This document shows, one piece after another, positions 1 to 10,020 of a stretch of 64,000 nt of DNA. The DNA lies in assembly GCA_049644685.1 (NCBI GenBank), contig JBARSJ010000071.1, positions 35,829 to 99,828 on the forward strand. Reading direction: 5' to 3'. A program made the translations under genes and the position numbers. The notes below the pieces were generated by a model, which was given only the letters and a program-made list of their open reading frames with translations, made no database searches and had not been told where the DNA came from. Every line of letters begins with the position of its first letter. The first letter of the stretch is position 1. This DNA is from Anaerolineales bacterium. Lineage in GTDB: Bacteria > Chloroflexota > Anaerolineae > Anaerolineales > UBA11858.

Positions 1-9
1 AGCTTCCCA

Positions 10-1014
10 ATGATTGAGATTTTAAACGATCGGTATCAGTTAGATAAACAGCTTGGTGAAGGGGGAATGGCAATCGTCTACCAGGCGAGTGATCTCATGT
101 TGGAACGGACAATCGCCGTCAAAATACTCAGAAAAAATTTCTCTGAATCCAAAGCATTTCAAGAACGTTTTAAAGAAGAAGCCCGGGCAGCTGCTAATCT
201 CACCCATCCGAATATTGTCACTGTTCACGATTTTGGATTTGATAATGACCGTTTGTTCATTGTAATGGAGCACGTTCCTGGAACCGACTTAAAACAAATT
301 ATCAAAAAGTCCGGATCCCTGCCGGCTGATCATGCTTCCCGGTTATTTATTCAAGCCTGTGCGGGTATCGGATATGCTCATCGGGCCGGCCTGGTTCACT
401 GCGATATTAAGCCCCACAACATGCTGATAACTCCAGATCACCGGCTGAAAGTGACTGATTTTGGCATTGCCAGAGCACTGGCATCCGTAAAACATGACGA
501 ACAATCCCAAGCTATTTGGGGTTCCCCGGCTTATTTTTCACCTGAACAGGCTGCCGGGAGAGCACCATCCCCAGCCTCTGATGTTTACAGCCTTGGTATT
601 GTATTATTTGAAATGTTAACCGGCGAACTTCCGTTTACCAATCCTTCTCCCCAAGAACTGGCTCTGCTCCACAGATTTGAAACTCCCCCATCTGCCAGGG
701 AAATAAATCCCGAGATTTCTGCCGAATTGGAGGAAATCATTGTTAAGGTCCTTTCCAAAGAACCCAATTCGCGATACAGGACCGCGGACCAGTTGGGGAG
801 GATTGTTATCAGCTTTACCGAAATGCTTGATTCGCAACCGCCGGTGGAAATTCCAGCCCCCCTTCCAGAAGACAATGACCTGCAATCAATCCTAAACCTC
901 GAGAATAAGAAAACCAGTAAACAGTGGTTGACAATCTTGCTGGGTTTACTATCCTTGATAACCGTGGGCGGGTTAATCCCCTTTTGGATTTGGGTATACT
1001 TTCAGTTGAATTAA
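10..1014 (+). CDS. Hanks-type Ser/Thr protein kinase with C-terminal membrane anchor
   Basis: Motifs GEGGMAIVY (G-loop), AVKIL, HCDIKPHN (catalytic loop), TDFGIA (DFG), SPEQ; hydrophobic tail LTILLGLLSLITVGGLIPFWIWVYF. Confidence 0.9.
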   Translation: MIEILNDRYQLDKQLGEGGMAIVYQASDLMLERTIAVKILRKNFSESKAFQERFKEEARAAANLTHPNIVTVHDFGFDNDRLFIVMEHVPGTDLKQIIKKSGSLPADHASRLFIQACAGIGYAHRAGLVHCDIKPHNMLITPDHRLKVTDFGIARALASVKHDEQSQAIWGSPAYFSPEQAAGRAPSPASDVYSLGIVLFEMLTGELPFTNPSPQELALLHRFETPPSAREINPEISAELEEIIVKVLSKEPNSRYRTADQLGRIVISFTEMLDSQPPVEIPAPLPEDNDLQSILNLENKKTSKQWLTILLGLLSLITVGGLIPFWIWVYFQLN

Positions 1015-1096
1015 ACTGTTCCCCCCTAACCTGCCTTTGTTTGGTAAATAATGGGCAGGGATCTAAGACAATATTACAATTATTTTGTGGTTTCAA

Positions 1097-1762
1097 ATGA
1101 AAAAACCTTATTTAATTTCACCATCAATCTTCTCAGCAGACTTCACCCAACTGGGGGATCAAATCAAACAGGCTGAAGAAGCAGGGGCTGATTGGGTCCA
1201 TGTTGATATCATGGACGGACATTTTGTGCCCAACATTTCTATGGGACCAGTCATCGTAGAAGCCTGTAAGAGAGTGACTGATCTCCCCTTGGATGTCCAT
1301 TTAATGATTGAAAAACCTGAGGCATACCTGGAAGATTTCGTGAATGCCGGCGCTGGGGTTCTGACAGTTCATATTGAAACCTGCCCGGAGATGGAATTGA
1401 CTTTGCAAACCATCCACGACCTGGGCTGTAAAGCAGGGATTACATTAAAACCAGCAACGGAGGTAGATAAAATAATCCCTTATCTGAAAAATGTTGATCT
1501 GGTATTGGTGATGACTGTAAATCCGGGGTTTTCAGGACAATCATTTATGCCGGAAGTGGTCCCAAAGATCAGGCAGATCAGGAATATCCTGGATGAGATC
1601 AATCCTGATGCATTAATAGAAGTGGATGGAGGGATCAATTCTAAAACTATCCGGCAGGCTTTTGATCAGGGGGCCGAGGTTTTTGTGGCAGCCAGCGCGA
1701 TTTTTAAACACCCCCTCGGGATTCAAACAGGTATTCAATCACTTCGGGATATGCTTCCCTAA
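1097..1762 (+). CDS. rpe: ribulose-phosphate 3-epimerase
   Basis: HVDIMDGHFVPN, MTVNPGFSGQ, EVDGGI motifs. ATG at 1097 preferred over the in-frame TTG at 1085 used by the ORF track. Confidence 0.92.
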   Translation: MKKPYLISPSIFSADFTQLGDQIKQAEEAGADWVHVDIMDGHFVPNISMGPVIVEACKRVTDLPLDVHLMIEKPEAYLEDFVNAGAGVLTVHIETCPEMELTLQTIHDLGCKAGITLKPATEVDKIIPYLKNVDLVLVMTVNPGFSGQSFMPEVVPKIRQIRNILDEINPDALIEVDGGINSKTIRQAFDQGAEVFVAASAIFKHPLGIQTGIQSLRDMLP

Positions 1763-1788
1763 AGAAGGGACCGGGATTTAAAAAACCG

Positions 1789-1819
1789 GGGTCACGGAGC
1801 TTTTAAAGCTCCGTGACCC
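1789..1819. terminator. hairpin between convergent rpe and rpmB (likely rpmB terminator, possibly bidirectional)
   Basis: GGGTCACGGAGC-ttttaaa-GCTCCGTGACCC 12-bp perfect stem; on the minus strand it is followed by CCGGTTTTTT. Confidence 0.7.
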
Positions 1820-1902
1820 TCTTACAATGAATTGCGGGAGAAGGTAAAAAATCGACCTATCTCCCACAACGAAATCTATACTTAAGTGTTAATGGTATTG
1901 AT

Positions 1903-2082
1903 TCAGACTTTCGTTAGAGTACGGATGCAGCGGGTACACAAAGTTTTCCGGATTTTCTTTCCATCTTCATATACCGTAACTTGCTGTAAATTTGGTTTAA
2001 ACTTGCGTTTGGTTGTTTTTTTCGACCAGGGGCGGCTTCGCCCAAATTTTGTGGTTTTTCCACATTCCTCACATTTCGCCAT
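1903..2082 (-). CDS. rpmB: 50S ribosomal protein L28
   Basis: MAKCEECGKTTKFGRSRPWSKKTTKRKFKPNLQ... typical L28; internal ATG at 2082 preceded by GAGGG, preferred over ORF-track start 2097. Confidence 0.9.
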   Translation of the reverse strand: MAKCEECGKTTKFGRSRPWSKKTTKRKFKPNLQQVTVYEDGKKIRKTLCTRCIRTLTKV

Positions 2083-2310
2083 TGGTAATACCCTCATTCA
2101 TCAGTGATTATTTATGATTTCATTTATGCTTGTAAAATCCAGCTTAGTAACTGGAGCAAAATCCAGAATCGAAGCCAGGACAATTCATTCAGCCAAGCCC
2201 GCCAATCTTACCATACAAGAGGTCAATCAACAAGAGGAGGCCTGCTTTTCCGCTGTTTTTATGTTATCATTTGGCATCTATAAATTATCCTGACTCATAT
2301 TCCCAACAGA

Positions 2311-2685
2311 ATGGTGAATTTAATGAAAAAAGAAAAAGAACCTTTAGGCGACATTCAAATCTCCAAACAAGCAATCGCGACCATCGCATTCCAGGCTGCC
2401 CAGCGCTCTTATGGTGTTGTCGGTCTGGCATCAAAAAACATCGCAGATGAGGTGGCCCATGCAATTGTCAAAGATCCGACGCATGGAATTGATGTGGAAT
2501 ATAAAGATAAGGTAATTAATATCGATATCTACATCATCATCGAATATGGGACCCGAATCAAATCCGTTGCTGCAAGTGTCGCCAACACAGTACGCTACCA
2601 GGTTGAAAAATCCTTGGGAATTCCCGTGAACGAAATTAACGTTCATGTTCAAGGTCTCCGAATCAGCAATGAAGAGGAGCAGTAA
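2311..2685 (+). CDS. Asp23/Gls24-family alkaline-shock-like protein
   Basis: 124 aa, SYGVVGLASK...INIDIYIIIEYGTRI...VANTVRYQVEK pattern typical of Asp23 family; conserved position upstream of yloV. Confidence 0.85.
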   Translation: MVNLMKKEKEPLGDIQISKQAIATIAFQAAQRSYGVVGLASKNIADEVAHAIVKDPTHGIDVEYKDKVINIDIYIIIEYGTRIKSVAASVANTVRYQVEKSLGIPVNEINVHVQGLRISNEEEQ

Positions 2686-2738
2686 ACTCCCTGGCACTGG
2701 TAGTAATGGCAGCATCCTCTCTTTAGGAGTACTAAGGC

Positions 2739-4397
2739 ATGAATGACGAACACCCAGGAAACAAGACACCTACAATTGACGGGGATCAATATAAAAAACT
2801 GATGATGGCCGGCTTAACCTGGCTGCGGACAAATCAAGAATCAGTGAATGCTCTCAACGTTTTCCCTGTACCGGATGGAGATACGGGCACCAATATGGTT
2901 CTCACCCTCCAGGCGGCATATAATGAAATATCCAACTCCTCTGAAAAACATGTAGGTCCTTTAGCCGAAAAACTGGCCCATGGGGCACTGATGGGCGCCC
3001 GGGGAAATTCCGGCGTGATTCTGTCCCAGATCTGGCGGGGATTTTCCAAAGGAATCGGGGAATCCGAAATTCTGGATGGGAAAAGCCTGGTAGAAGGACT
3101 TCTGCAAGCCCGCGATACCGCTTATAAAGGAGTTGTCCGTCCTGTGGAAGGCACAATCCTGACTGTATGCAAAGATATGGCTCTAGCAGGTGAAAAAGCT
3201 ATCCAGGAATCAGAAGATCCCTATTTTCTCCTTAACAAAGTTACCGAAGCAGCCCAGGTTTCCGTTGATTACACACCAGAGCTGCTCGATGTACTTAAAG
3301 AAGCCGGGGTTGTTGATGCAGGAGGGAAAGGACTGCTGCATATCTTTGAAGGCATGCTTCGTTACATCAATGATGAACCTTTGGATATTGAACCGGTCCG
3401 TGTCCAGCCCTTGTCAGTGGTAGGAAAACAAGAAGCAGTCAGCAGCGCTGAACCCGGACAGGATTACGAGGTTATCGTTGATTTCCAACCTCACAAACCA
3501 TTGATACTGGAAGATTATTACCAGGATTTAGAAGAAATTGGCACTTCCATTCAAGTTGGTGAAGGTGACGGCATATATCGGATGCACATTCATGTGCCAA
3601 CTGAAAAGCGGTATGAGCCAATCGACTACACCATGACTATTGGAACGATTACCAAGGTTCATATTGAAAACCTGATGATTCAAATGGATTCCTCCACCGG
3701 GCAGGAAGAAGAACCCATTAAACTGACTAAAGTATCTCAGGGAGATGTCGCTTTGGTAACTATTTCTCCCGGGGTTGGTTTTTCGCGAATCTTCGCCAGT
3801 CTGGGAGCGGCAGCTATCGTAGAGGGCGGACAAACCATGAATCCCAGCACGCAGGAGATCCTGGCAGCCTTCGAGGATTTGCCAACGGACCAGGTAATCA
3901 TTCTGCCAAATAACAAAAATATCCTCATGGCAGCAAAATCTGCTGCTGATCTCTCAGTCAAGTCGGTAGAAGTTATTCCTACAGTCACCGTTCCCCAGGG
4001 ATTAGCCGCTATGCTGCGCCTCATTCCAGGTCAGGAACTGAGTCAGGTATCTGCTGAAATGCAATCCGCTGTGAGTGAAATTGAAAGTGGAGAGATTACC
4101 ACTGCAGTCCGGGAAGTGGAGATTGACGGTATTGATGTCAAAGAAGGAGAAATTATCTCCCTTCATAACGGGAAGCTGATAGGTTCAAACAAAACTCTCA
4201 AAGAGGGTTGTATCACCTTCCTGAAAACGGCAAAAGCAAACGATTTTGAGTTGATTACCATGTTCTATGGTCAGAATATCAATCAGGAAGACGCTGAATC
4301 TATGGCTGAATTCATCCAGGAAGAGTATCCTGACCAGATTATTGAACTCCAATACGGCGGTCAACCCCACTACCAGTTTATTTTATCTGTTGAGTAA
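2739..4397 (+). CDS. yloV: DAK2-domain fusion protein YloV
   Basis: N-terminal Dak2 motif VFPVPDGDTGTNM, GARGNSGVILSQ; ~550 aa; asp23-yloV-recG neighbourhood. Confidence 0.9.
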   Translation: MNDEHPGNKTPTIDGDQYKKLMMAGLTWLRTNQESVNALNVFPVPDGDTGTNMVLTLQAAYNEISNSSEKHVGPLAEKLAHGALMGARGNSGVILSQIWRGFSKGIGESEILDGKSLVEGLLQARDTAYKGVVRPVEGTILTVCKDMALAGEKAIQESEDPYFLLNKVTEAAQVSVDYTPELLDVLKEAGVVDAGGKGLLHIFEGMLRYINDEPLDIEPVRVQPLSVVGKQEAVSSAEPGQDYEVIVDFQPHKPLILEDYYQDLEEIGTSIQVGEGDGIYRMHIHVPTEKRYEPIDYTMTIGTITKVHIENLMIQMDSSTGQEEEPIKLTKVSQGDVALVTISPGVGFSRIFASLGAAAIVEGGQTMNPSTQEILAAFEDLPTDQVIILPNNKNILMAAKSAADLSVKSVEVIPTVTVPQGLAAMLRLIPGQELSQVSAEMQSAVSEIESGEITTAVREVEIDGIDVKEGEIISLHNGKLIGSNKTLKEGCITFLKTAKANDFELITMFYGQNINQEDAESMAEFIQEEYPDQIIELQYGGQPHYQFILSVE

Positions 4398-4456
4398 AAC
4401 TGCTTTGAAGTAATTAATAATCCGATTCAATCCGGGTTCTTCCCGGAAATATAATT

Positions 4457-4489
4457 ACGGCGGACTTATCAATAAGCTCCGCCGTTTTT
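4457..4489 (+). terminator. rho-independent terminator after yloV
   Basis: ACGGCGGACTTA-tcaa-TAAGCTCCGCCGT stem (one bulge) followed by TTTTT. Confidence 0.75.
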
Positions 4490-4508
4490 ACAGCCAGGGG
4501 AGGTTCTA

Positions 4509-5339
4509 TTGTCTACAGCCATCATAACCGACAGCACATCGGATATTCCGCTTGACGTACTGGAAAAATATAACATCTTTCAGATCCCAGTGGATTTGAT
4601 GATTGGCAATGAAATTTATCTGGATGGGTTTGATCTATCCAGGAACGACTTTTATATCCAGCTTCCCAGCCTGAAACAGCTTCCGACAACCGCAGCTCCC
4701 TCAGCTGGCAGATTCCTGGCTTTGTATGAGCAGATCTTTACTCAGGGATTTTCCGAGATTATATCCATCCACGCAGCGAGCGCATTAAGCGGCATCTATA
4801 ATGCTGCGAGATTGGCATCACTGGAATTCTCACAAAAAATCAAGGTAGTGGACAGCCAACAATTATCCCTGGGGTTGGGATTTCAGGTAATCGCGGCAGC
4901 AAAAGCAGCCCAGGAGAACCTCCCTTTCCAAACGATCCTGAAAAGTATTGAGTCGATCAAAAAAAGAGTTCATGTTTATGCCTTATTAGACACTTTTGAA
5001 TATATCCAGCGCAGTGGTCGAATATCTTGGGCGAGAGCCCAAATAGGTTCAATTCTGAATATAAAACCAATCATTGAGCTCAAGGAAGGGGAAGTTATTA
5101 ACCGGGGATTGTCCCGTGCCCGGGAGAAAGGCATTAAATTCCTTGGTGATGTTCTGCAGGGATTGGGTCCTCTAGAAAATCTCGCTGTGCTTCATACCAA
5201 CGCAGCCCGGGATGGAACAAATTTCATTCAGCAATTTGCACCTGACGGGATCCGAAATCCCCTCCTGATGAATGTAACTACAATAATTGGCACCCATGTC
5301 GGACCCAATGGGTTAGGTTTTGCAGCAGTGGTAAAATAA
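4509..5339 (+). CDS. degV: DegV-family fatty-acid-binding protein
   Basis: IITDSTSDIP N-terminus, PTTAAPS motif, ~276 aa; TTG start preceded by GGGGAGG. Confidence 0.9.
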   Translation: MSTAIITDSTSDIPLDVLEKYNIFQIPVDLMIGNEIYLDGFDLSRNDFYIQLPSLKQLPTTAAPSAGRFLALYEQIFTQGFSEIISIHAASALSGIYNAARLASLEFSQKIKVVDSQQLSLGLGFQVIAAAKAAQENLPFQTILKSIESIKKRVHVYALLDTFEYIQRSGRISWARAQIGSILNIKPIIELKEGEVINRGLSRAREKGIKFLGDVLQGLGPLENLAVLHTNAARDGTNFIQQFAPDGIRNPLLMNVTTIIGTHVGPNGLGFAAVVK

Positions 5340-5344
5340 TTCAA

Positions 5345-7831
5345 ATGAAAACATCAATTAAAAAGTTAAGAAAATTCTTCCGCTTGGAGGCTGAACGGGA
5401 GTATGACAATAAGGCGGTCATGGGGGGATTGGCTAATATCCTATCCTCCTGGGAACTCGAAGCCAGAGAAGATCAATTGCCTGAACAGATTATTCAGGCT
5501 GTTATCAGCCGCTTAAGGGATTACCATCGCTTAAGCGAGGAATCCCGAGAAGTCGCATTAAAGGGGATCTGGAAGCGGGTCAATAAGGAATCCTTGGGGA
5601 AGAAAGAACAGGATCAAGTGAATGAGGTAAATCAACCAGCTGATAAACCAACTCCCACACCCCAACAGGTTTCAGAACCTCCTGCTCAGGTTGATGAACC
5701 CAGTCAACCGGAACAGAAAAAACAGCAAACAGAAGAATCAACCCCCCCTCCAGCAGAAAAACTGGATTTTGATGCCCCGGTTAACAGCATAAAGGGTATC
5801 GGCGAAAAGAAAACATCAGCTCTGACCAGGATGGGTATTTCCTCCATCAGAGACTTGCTGTACACCTTCCCAAGGCGGCATGATGACTACTCAAAACTAA
5901 AACCTATCGGCAGTTTGTGGTTTGGTGAAGAAGTCACGGTAATTGGGACGATCGATAGTGTATCCACCCGCAGCGTTCGAAGCGGGAAAATGAAACTGGT
6001 TGAAGCCGTGATTTCTGACAAAAGCGGGGCCCTAAAGGTAACCTGGTTTAACCAGCCCTGGTTAGAGGGACAGCTTTCTCGCGCAAAACATGTTGTCTTA
6101 AGCGGAGAAATCGAACAGTATCTTGGCCGATTGACCATGAATAACCCTGAATGGGAGCCGCTGAGTAAAGAGCAGCTGCACACTAACCGGATCGTCCCGG
6201 TTTATCCTCTCACCAAAGATATCACCCAGAAATGGCTGCGCGGGGTCTTGCATGATACGGTCCAGAAATATGGACCCAGCATAGATGATCCCCTACCGGA
6301 TAAGATCCGTTCAAGCACCTCCCTTCCTGTATTATCTGACGCAATCCGGGAGATTCACTTCCCGGATTCGGATCAATCACTTCAAAAAGCAAAACAACGA
6401 CTGGCATTTGACGAAATATTCCTGCTTCAGATGGGTGTCCTGAAACAGAAAAAACAGTGGGAAAATCGTCCCGGTCAGGTTTTTGACAGCCCCGATGTGT
6501 GGATAAATTCCAGATTGGAACAGCTCCCTTTCCAGCTCACGAAAGCACAAATAAAAGCTCTGACCCAGGTTCGGGAAGATCTGTGCTCAGGTCATCCTAT
6601 GAACCGATTGCTCCAGGGAGATGTAGGTTCTGGCAAAACGGTCATCGCAGCGCTAGCGGCATTAATTATTATCCGCCAAGGAGCCCAGGCTGCATTTATG
6701 GCCCCCACCAGCATTCTGGCTGAACAGCATTTCCAGAGCCTGAAAAAACTATTGGGCAATAATCCAGATGAAGTAAAAGAAAATGAAATCAGTCTTCTGA
6801 TTGGTTCTACGCCGGAAGATCAAAAAGAACAAATTCGCAAAAAACTCTCCCAGGGTGAGATTAAATTGGTGATTGGCACCCATGCTCTGCTCCAAGAACC
6901 GGTTGAATTCCAGAACCTGCAGCTCGCAATCGTCGATGAACAGCACCGCTTTGGCGTTGAACAAAGAGGTACCTTGCGCCAAAAAGGAAACAATCCGCAC
7001 CTGTTGGTGATGACCGCTACCCCAATTCCCCGTTCACTAGCGCTGACAACATTTGGTGACCTGGAACTATCCGTGATCGATGAATTACCACCCGGAAGGT
7101 TGCCGGTTGAAACCCATGTGCTCTATCCCAGGGAAATTGAACGGGCATATAGTCTAGTCCGCCGGCAGGCCGATAACGGCAATCAGGCATTTATCATCTA
7201 TCCGTTAGTAGAAGAGAGTGATAAAAGTGATGAAAAAGCTGCTGTGGAAGAATTCGACCGGCTCCAGAAAGAAATCTTTCCCACTTATACGCTTGGGTTG
7301 CTGCATGGACAGATGCGTCCGGATGAAAAAGAGAGTGTTATGACTCTTTTCCGCGATCAGGAAATCCAGATCCTTGTTTCCACTTCAGTGGTGGAAGTGG
7401 GTGTGGATATCCCGGGAGCAACTGTGATGTTGGTCGAAGGCGCTCATCGTTTTGGGCTTGCTCAACTGCACCAGTTCCGGGGACGTGTGGGACGCAGCGA
7501 TCAAAAATCCTACTGCATCTTGATACCAGGAAGCGCTGAAGAAGTAGAAAATCAAAGACTGGAGGCAATGGTAGAAACTAATGACGGTTTTGTCTTAGCT
7601 GAAAAGGATCTGGAGATCCGCGGACCGGGACAATTCCTGGGAACCCGCCAATCAGGGTACACTGAATTGAAATTAGCCAGCATCACAGATCTGAAATTAG
7701 TCGAGCAGGCTCGCCAGCATGCATCAGATCTTTTCCGTCAGGATCCTGACTTAAGTCAGGAAAAACATCAGAAATTAGCTCTCGCAGTTAACCAATTCTG
7801 GACGCCGAAAAACTCAGGCGATATCAGCTGA
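5345..7831 (+). CDS. recG: ATP-dependent DNA helicase RecG (with long N-terminal extension)
   Basis: Walker A GDVGSGKT, DEQHRFG (DEAH-like), TATPIPR, QLHQFRGRVGR; wedge-domain region; aa ~85-145 are a P/Q/E-rich low-complexity insert. Confidence 0.93.
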   Translation: MKTSIKKLRKFFRLEAEREYDNKAVMGGLANILSSWELEAREDQLPEQIIQAVISRLRDYHRLSEESREVALKGIWKRVNKESLGKKEQDQVNEVNQPADKPTPTPQQVSEPPAQVDEPSQPEQKKQQTEESTPPPAEKLDFDAPVNSIKGIGEKKTSALTRMGISSIRDLLYTFPRRHDDYSKLKPIGSLWFGEEVTVIGTIDSVSTRSVRSGKMKLVEAVISDKSGALKVTWFNQPWLEGQLSRAKHVVLSGEIEQYLGRLTMNNPEWEPLSKEQLHTNRIVPVYPLTKDITQKWLRGVLHDTVQKYGPSIDDPLPDKIRSSTSLPVLSDAIREIHFPDSDQSLQKAKQRLAFDEIFLLQMGVLKQKKQWENRPGQVFDSPDVWINSRLEQLPFQLTKAQIKALTQVREDLCSGHPMNRLLQGDVGSGKTVIAALAALIIIRQGAQAAFMAPTSILAEQHFQSLKKLLGNNPDEVKENEISLLIGSTPEDQKEQIRKKLSQGEIKLVIGTHALLQEPVEFQNLQLAIVDEQHRFGVEQRGTLRQKGNNPHLLVMTATPIPRSLALTTFGDLELSVIDELPPGRLPVETHVLYPREIERAYSLVRRQADNGNQAFIIYPLVEESDKSDEKAAVEEFDRLQKEIFPTYTLGLLHGQMRPDEKESVMTLFRDQEIQILVSTSVVEVGVDIPGATVMLVEGAHRFGLAQLHQFRGRVGRSDQKSYCILIPGSAEEVENQRLEAMVETNDGFVLAEKDLEIRGPGQFLGTRQSGYTELKLASITDLKLVEQARQHASDLFRQDPDLSQEKHQKLALAVNQFWTPKNSGDIS

Positions 7832-7865
7832 TAAATCTGCTGCCAGAAATGTCGAGGAGAATTTT

Positions 7866-8390
7866 ATGATAAGAGCTGTCTTTCCTGGAACGTTTGATCC
7901 CATCCACCACGGGCATATCGATATCGCCCGGCGTGCATCCCGCTTATTTGATGAAGTGATCGTTGCCGTGTACGACCAGCCGATAAAGAAATTGCTTTTT
8001 TCTCCTGAGAAAAGGATAAAGCTGGCTGAGCTAACACTTCAGTCCATCCCTAATGTAAAAACCATGGGCTACAGCGGATTAACAGTTGATTTCTGTCATC
8101 AAATTGATGCCCAAGTCATTGTTCGCGGTCTGCGGGTGTTTTCCGATTTTGAATATGAATTCCGGATGGCTCTTGCCAATCATAGATTATCCCCGGATAT
8201 TGAAGTGGTGGCATTTATTACAGATAAAGACCACACCTTCTTAAGCGGATCAACTGTGCGGGAAATTGCTGCCCTGAACGGAGATGTTAGTTCAATGGTC
8301 CCGAAAGTGGTTGAGGAAGCCTTAATAGCCCGGTTTAAGGAACTCGGAAGCGATCAGAACATCGTCCCCTATACATCACTTAGAGATTGA
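7866..8390 (+). CDS. coaD: phosphopantetheine adenylyltransferase
   Basis: FPGTFDPIHHGHIDI (T/HxGH nucleotidyltransferase motif), ~170 aa, GSTVREI. Confidence 0.93.
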   Translation: MIRAVFPGTFDPIHHGHIDIARRASRLFDEVIVAVYDQPIKKLLFSPEKRIKLAELTLQSIPNVKTMGYSGLTVDFCHQIDAQVIVRGLRVFSDFEYEFRMALANHRLSPDIEVVAFITDKDHTFLSGSTVREIAALNGDVSSMVPKVVEEALIARFKELGSDQNIVPYTSLRD

Positions 8391-8443
8391 ACAAATCCTT
8401 TTCATGATATACTAAAAGGACACTTCTTTTGAAGGGGTAAATC

Positions 8444-8938
8444 ATGGATATCCTACATCTTGTGGATCGATTGGAAGAGTTGATAAATCACAGCCGTTCC
8501 GTTCCATTCACCCATAATGTGATACTTGATGAAGATCGAATGCTTGATATTATCGACCAGATGCGGGTAGCGATCCCGGAAGAAGTAAAGAAGTCCCAAC
8601 AGGTACTATCCCAGAAAGATCGGGTTATCGCCCAGGCAAAAGAAGAAGCAGACCGGACGGTCAACATTGCCAAGGATAAAAGCGACAAGTTGACTGACCG
8701 GGACAGTATTGTCCAGGATGCCAGGAAAAAAGCCTCCCAAATTGAAGCCGAAGCCGAGATGAGGGCCAAGACAGCCCAATCAGAAGCAGATGAGTATGTT
8801 ACGGAAACATTGACAAACCTGGAAATTGCTTTAGAAAGAGTTCTCAACCAGGTGCGCAACGGGATTTATATCTTGGAAGAGGAATCATTACAAAAAGAGA
8901 ATCCAACAGAAGAAAAACCAGAAGAGGAACAGAAATAG
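8444..8938 (+). CDS. coiled-coil protein of unknown function (E/K-rich)
   Basis: 164-aa ORF with good codon continuity, charged heptad-like sequence AQAKEEADRTV...EAEAEMRAKTAQSEADEY; no catalytic motif recognised. Confidence 0.6.
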   Translation: MDILHLVDRLEELINHSRSVPFTHNVILDEDRMLDIIDQMRVAIPEEVKKSQQVLSQKDRVIAQAKEEADRTVNIAKDKSDKLTDRDSIVQDARKKASQIEAEAEMRAKTAQSEADEYVTETLTNLEIALERVLNQVRNGIYILEEESLQKENPTEEKPEEEQK

Positions 8939-8965
8939 CAGGTTTTTCCTTTCCTTCAATAAAAA

Positions 8966-8994
8966 CAGCCCTTTTACAGGGGCTGTTTTTTTTT
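8966..8994. terminator. bidirectional terminator hairpin between convergent genes
   Basis: CAGCCC-ttttacag-GGGCTG followed by T9 on plus strand and by T5 on minus strand. Confidence 0.7.
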
Positions 8995-9811
8995 ATTCTT
9001 CGGCATCCCGCCAGGCAACCGTTTTTCCCTCTTTGCGGTAAAAGAATTTTGCCAACAGCCAGCTGACAGTCTCCGGGAAACTGGCATTTATCCAGACAGC
9101 CAACCGCATGATTCCCGGATTAATGGCGTTATTTTTCTTCTTTTTTATCACTTTTAGGATTTGGTGTGCTACATCGTCTGCGGTGAGTAACAGCCAATTT
9201 GGGGTGACTCTTGTGGTTTTCCAATGTACTCCCGCATGCTGATCAAATTCTGTGTCCACCGCTCCTGGGTATATTCCAGATACAGTTATCCCCGTTCCCC
9301 GCAGCTCCCGCCTTAAACTTTCTAAAAATCCTCTTAATCCGAATTTTGTCGCCGCGTATATGCTGTAGGTTGGCAAACCTACCCAGGAGGCGATTGAAGC
9401 GATGTGGATGATATGTCCTCCATCCTGGGCTATCATTAAAGGCAGGACTTCCCGGGTAATCTGGATTGCTCCCGTCAAGTTTACCTGAAGCTGGTCCTGA
9501 ATATCAGCCTGAGTCTGTTCATCCAGCCAGACCAGTTTACCGTATCCTGCACTGTTCACTAAAACGTCAATCCGGTTGTAGGCTTGCAGGGTGTCCTCTA
9601 CCAGATGTTGAATTTGATCTAATTGCCTTAGATCCGTTGGAATTGCCAGCGCTTCTCCTCCCCCTTCCCTGATTTTAGATGCCAGACTGTTCAAGCGTTC
9701 CTTCCGCCGGGCTGCCAAAACTACCCGGTATCCATTGCCGCTTAAGGCTCTGGCAGCAGCTTCTCCAATACCTGATGAAGCTCCAGTAATAATCGCAACA
9801 GGTTGAGACAT
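8993..9811 (-). CDS. short-chain dehydrogenase/reductase (SDR) family oxidoreductase
   Basis: TGASSGIG cofactor motif, NSAG, catalytic YAATKFGL (YxxxK). Confidence 0.9.
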   Translation of the reverse strand: MSQPVAIITGASSGIGEAAARALSGNGYRVVLAARRKERLNSLASKIREGGGEALAIPTDLRQLDQIQHLVEDTLQAYNRIDVLVNSAGYGKLVWLDEQTQADIQDQLQVNLTGAIQITREVLPLMIAQDGGHIIHIASIASWVGLPTYSIYAATKFGLRGFLESLRRELRGTGITVSGIYPGAVDTEFDQHAGVHWKTTRVTPNWLLLTADDVAHQILKVIKKKKNNAINPGIMRLAVWINASFPETVSWLLAKFFYRKEGKTVAWRDAEE

Positions 9812-10020
9812 ATCTGATCCTTATTGCCTGGTAACCATTTTAATAATACCTTCATTCTACCAGAGGTCTAAATTCGACATACTGAAAATCTGGTCCAAAA
9901 CTCATTATTTATTTGATTCTATAATCAGTTCCGTTTAGAATAAAGACAGAATGATCCCAGCTGATCAATTTGGCAAGGGGAGTCTTCAACCAATACCTCA
10001 TCAACAAAAAGGAGAACAAG

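Noticed and set aside
5610-5770. P/Q/E-rich low-complexity stretch in RecG, considered as a possible frameshift or fusion artefact
   Set aside because: The reading frame is continuous, with canonical RecG domains downstream and a plausible N-terminal extension upstream. It is most likely a natural linker.
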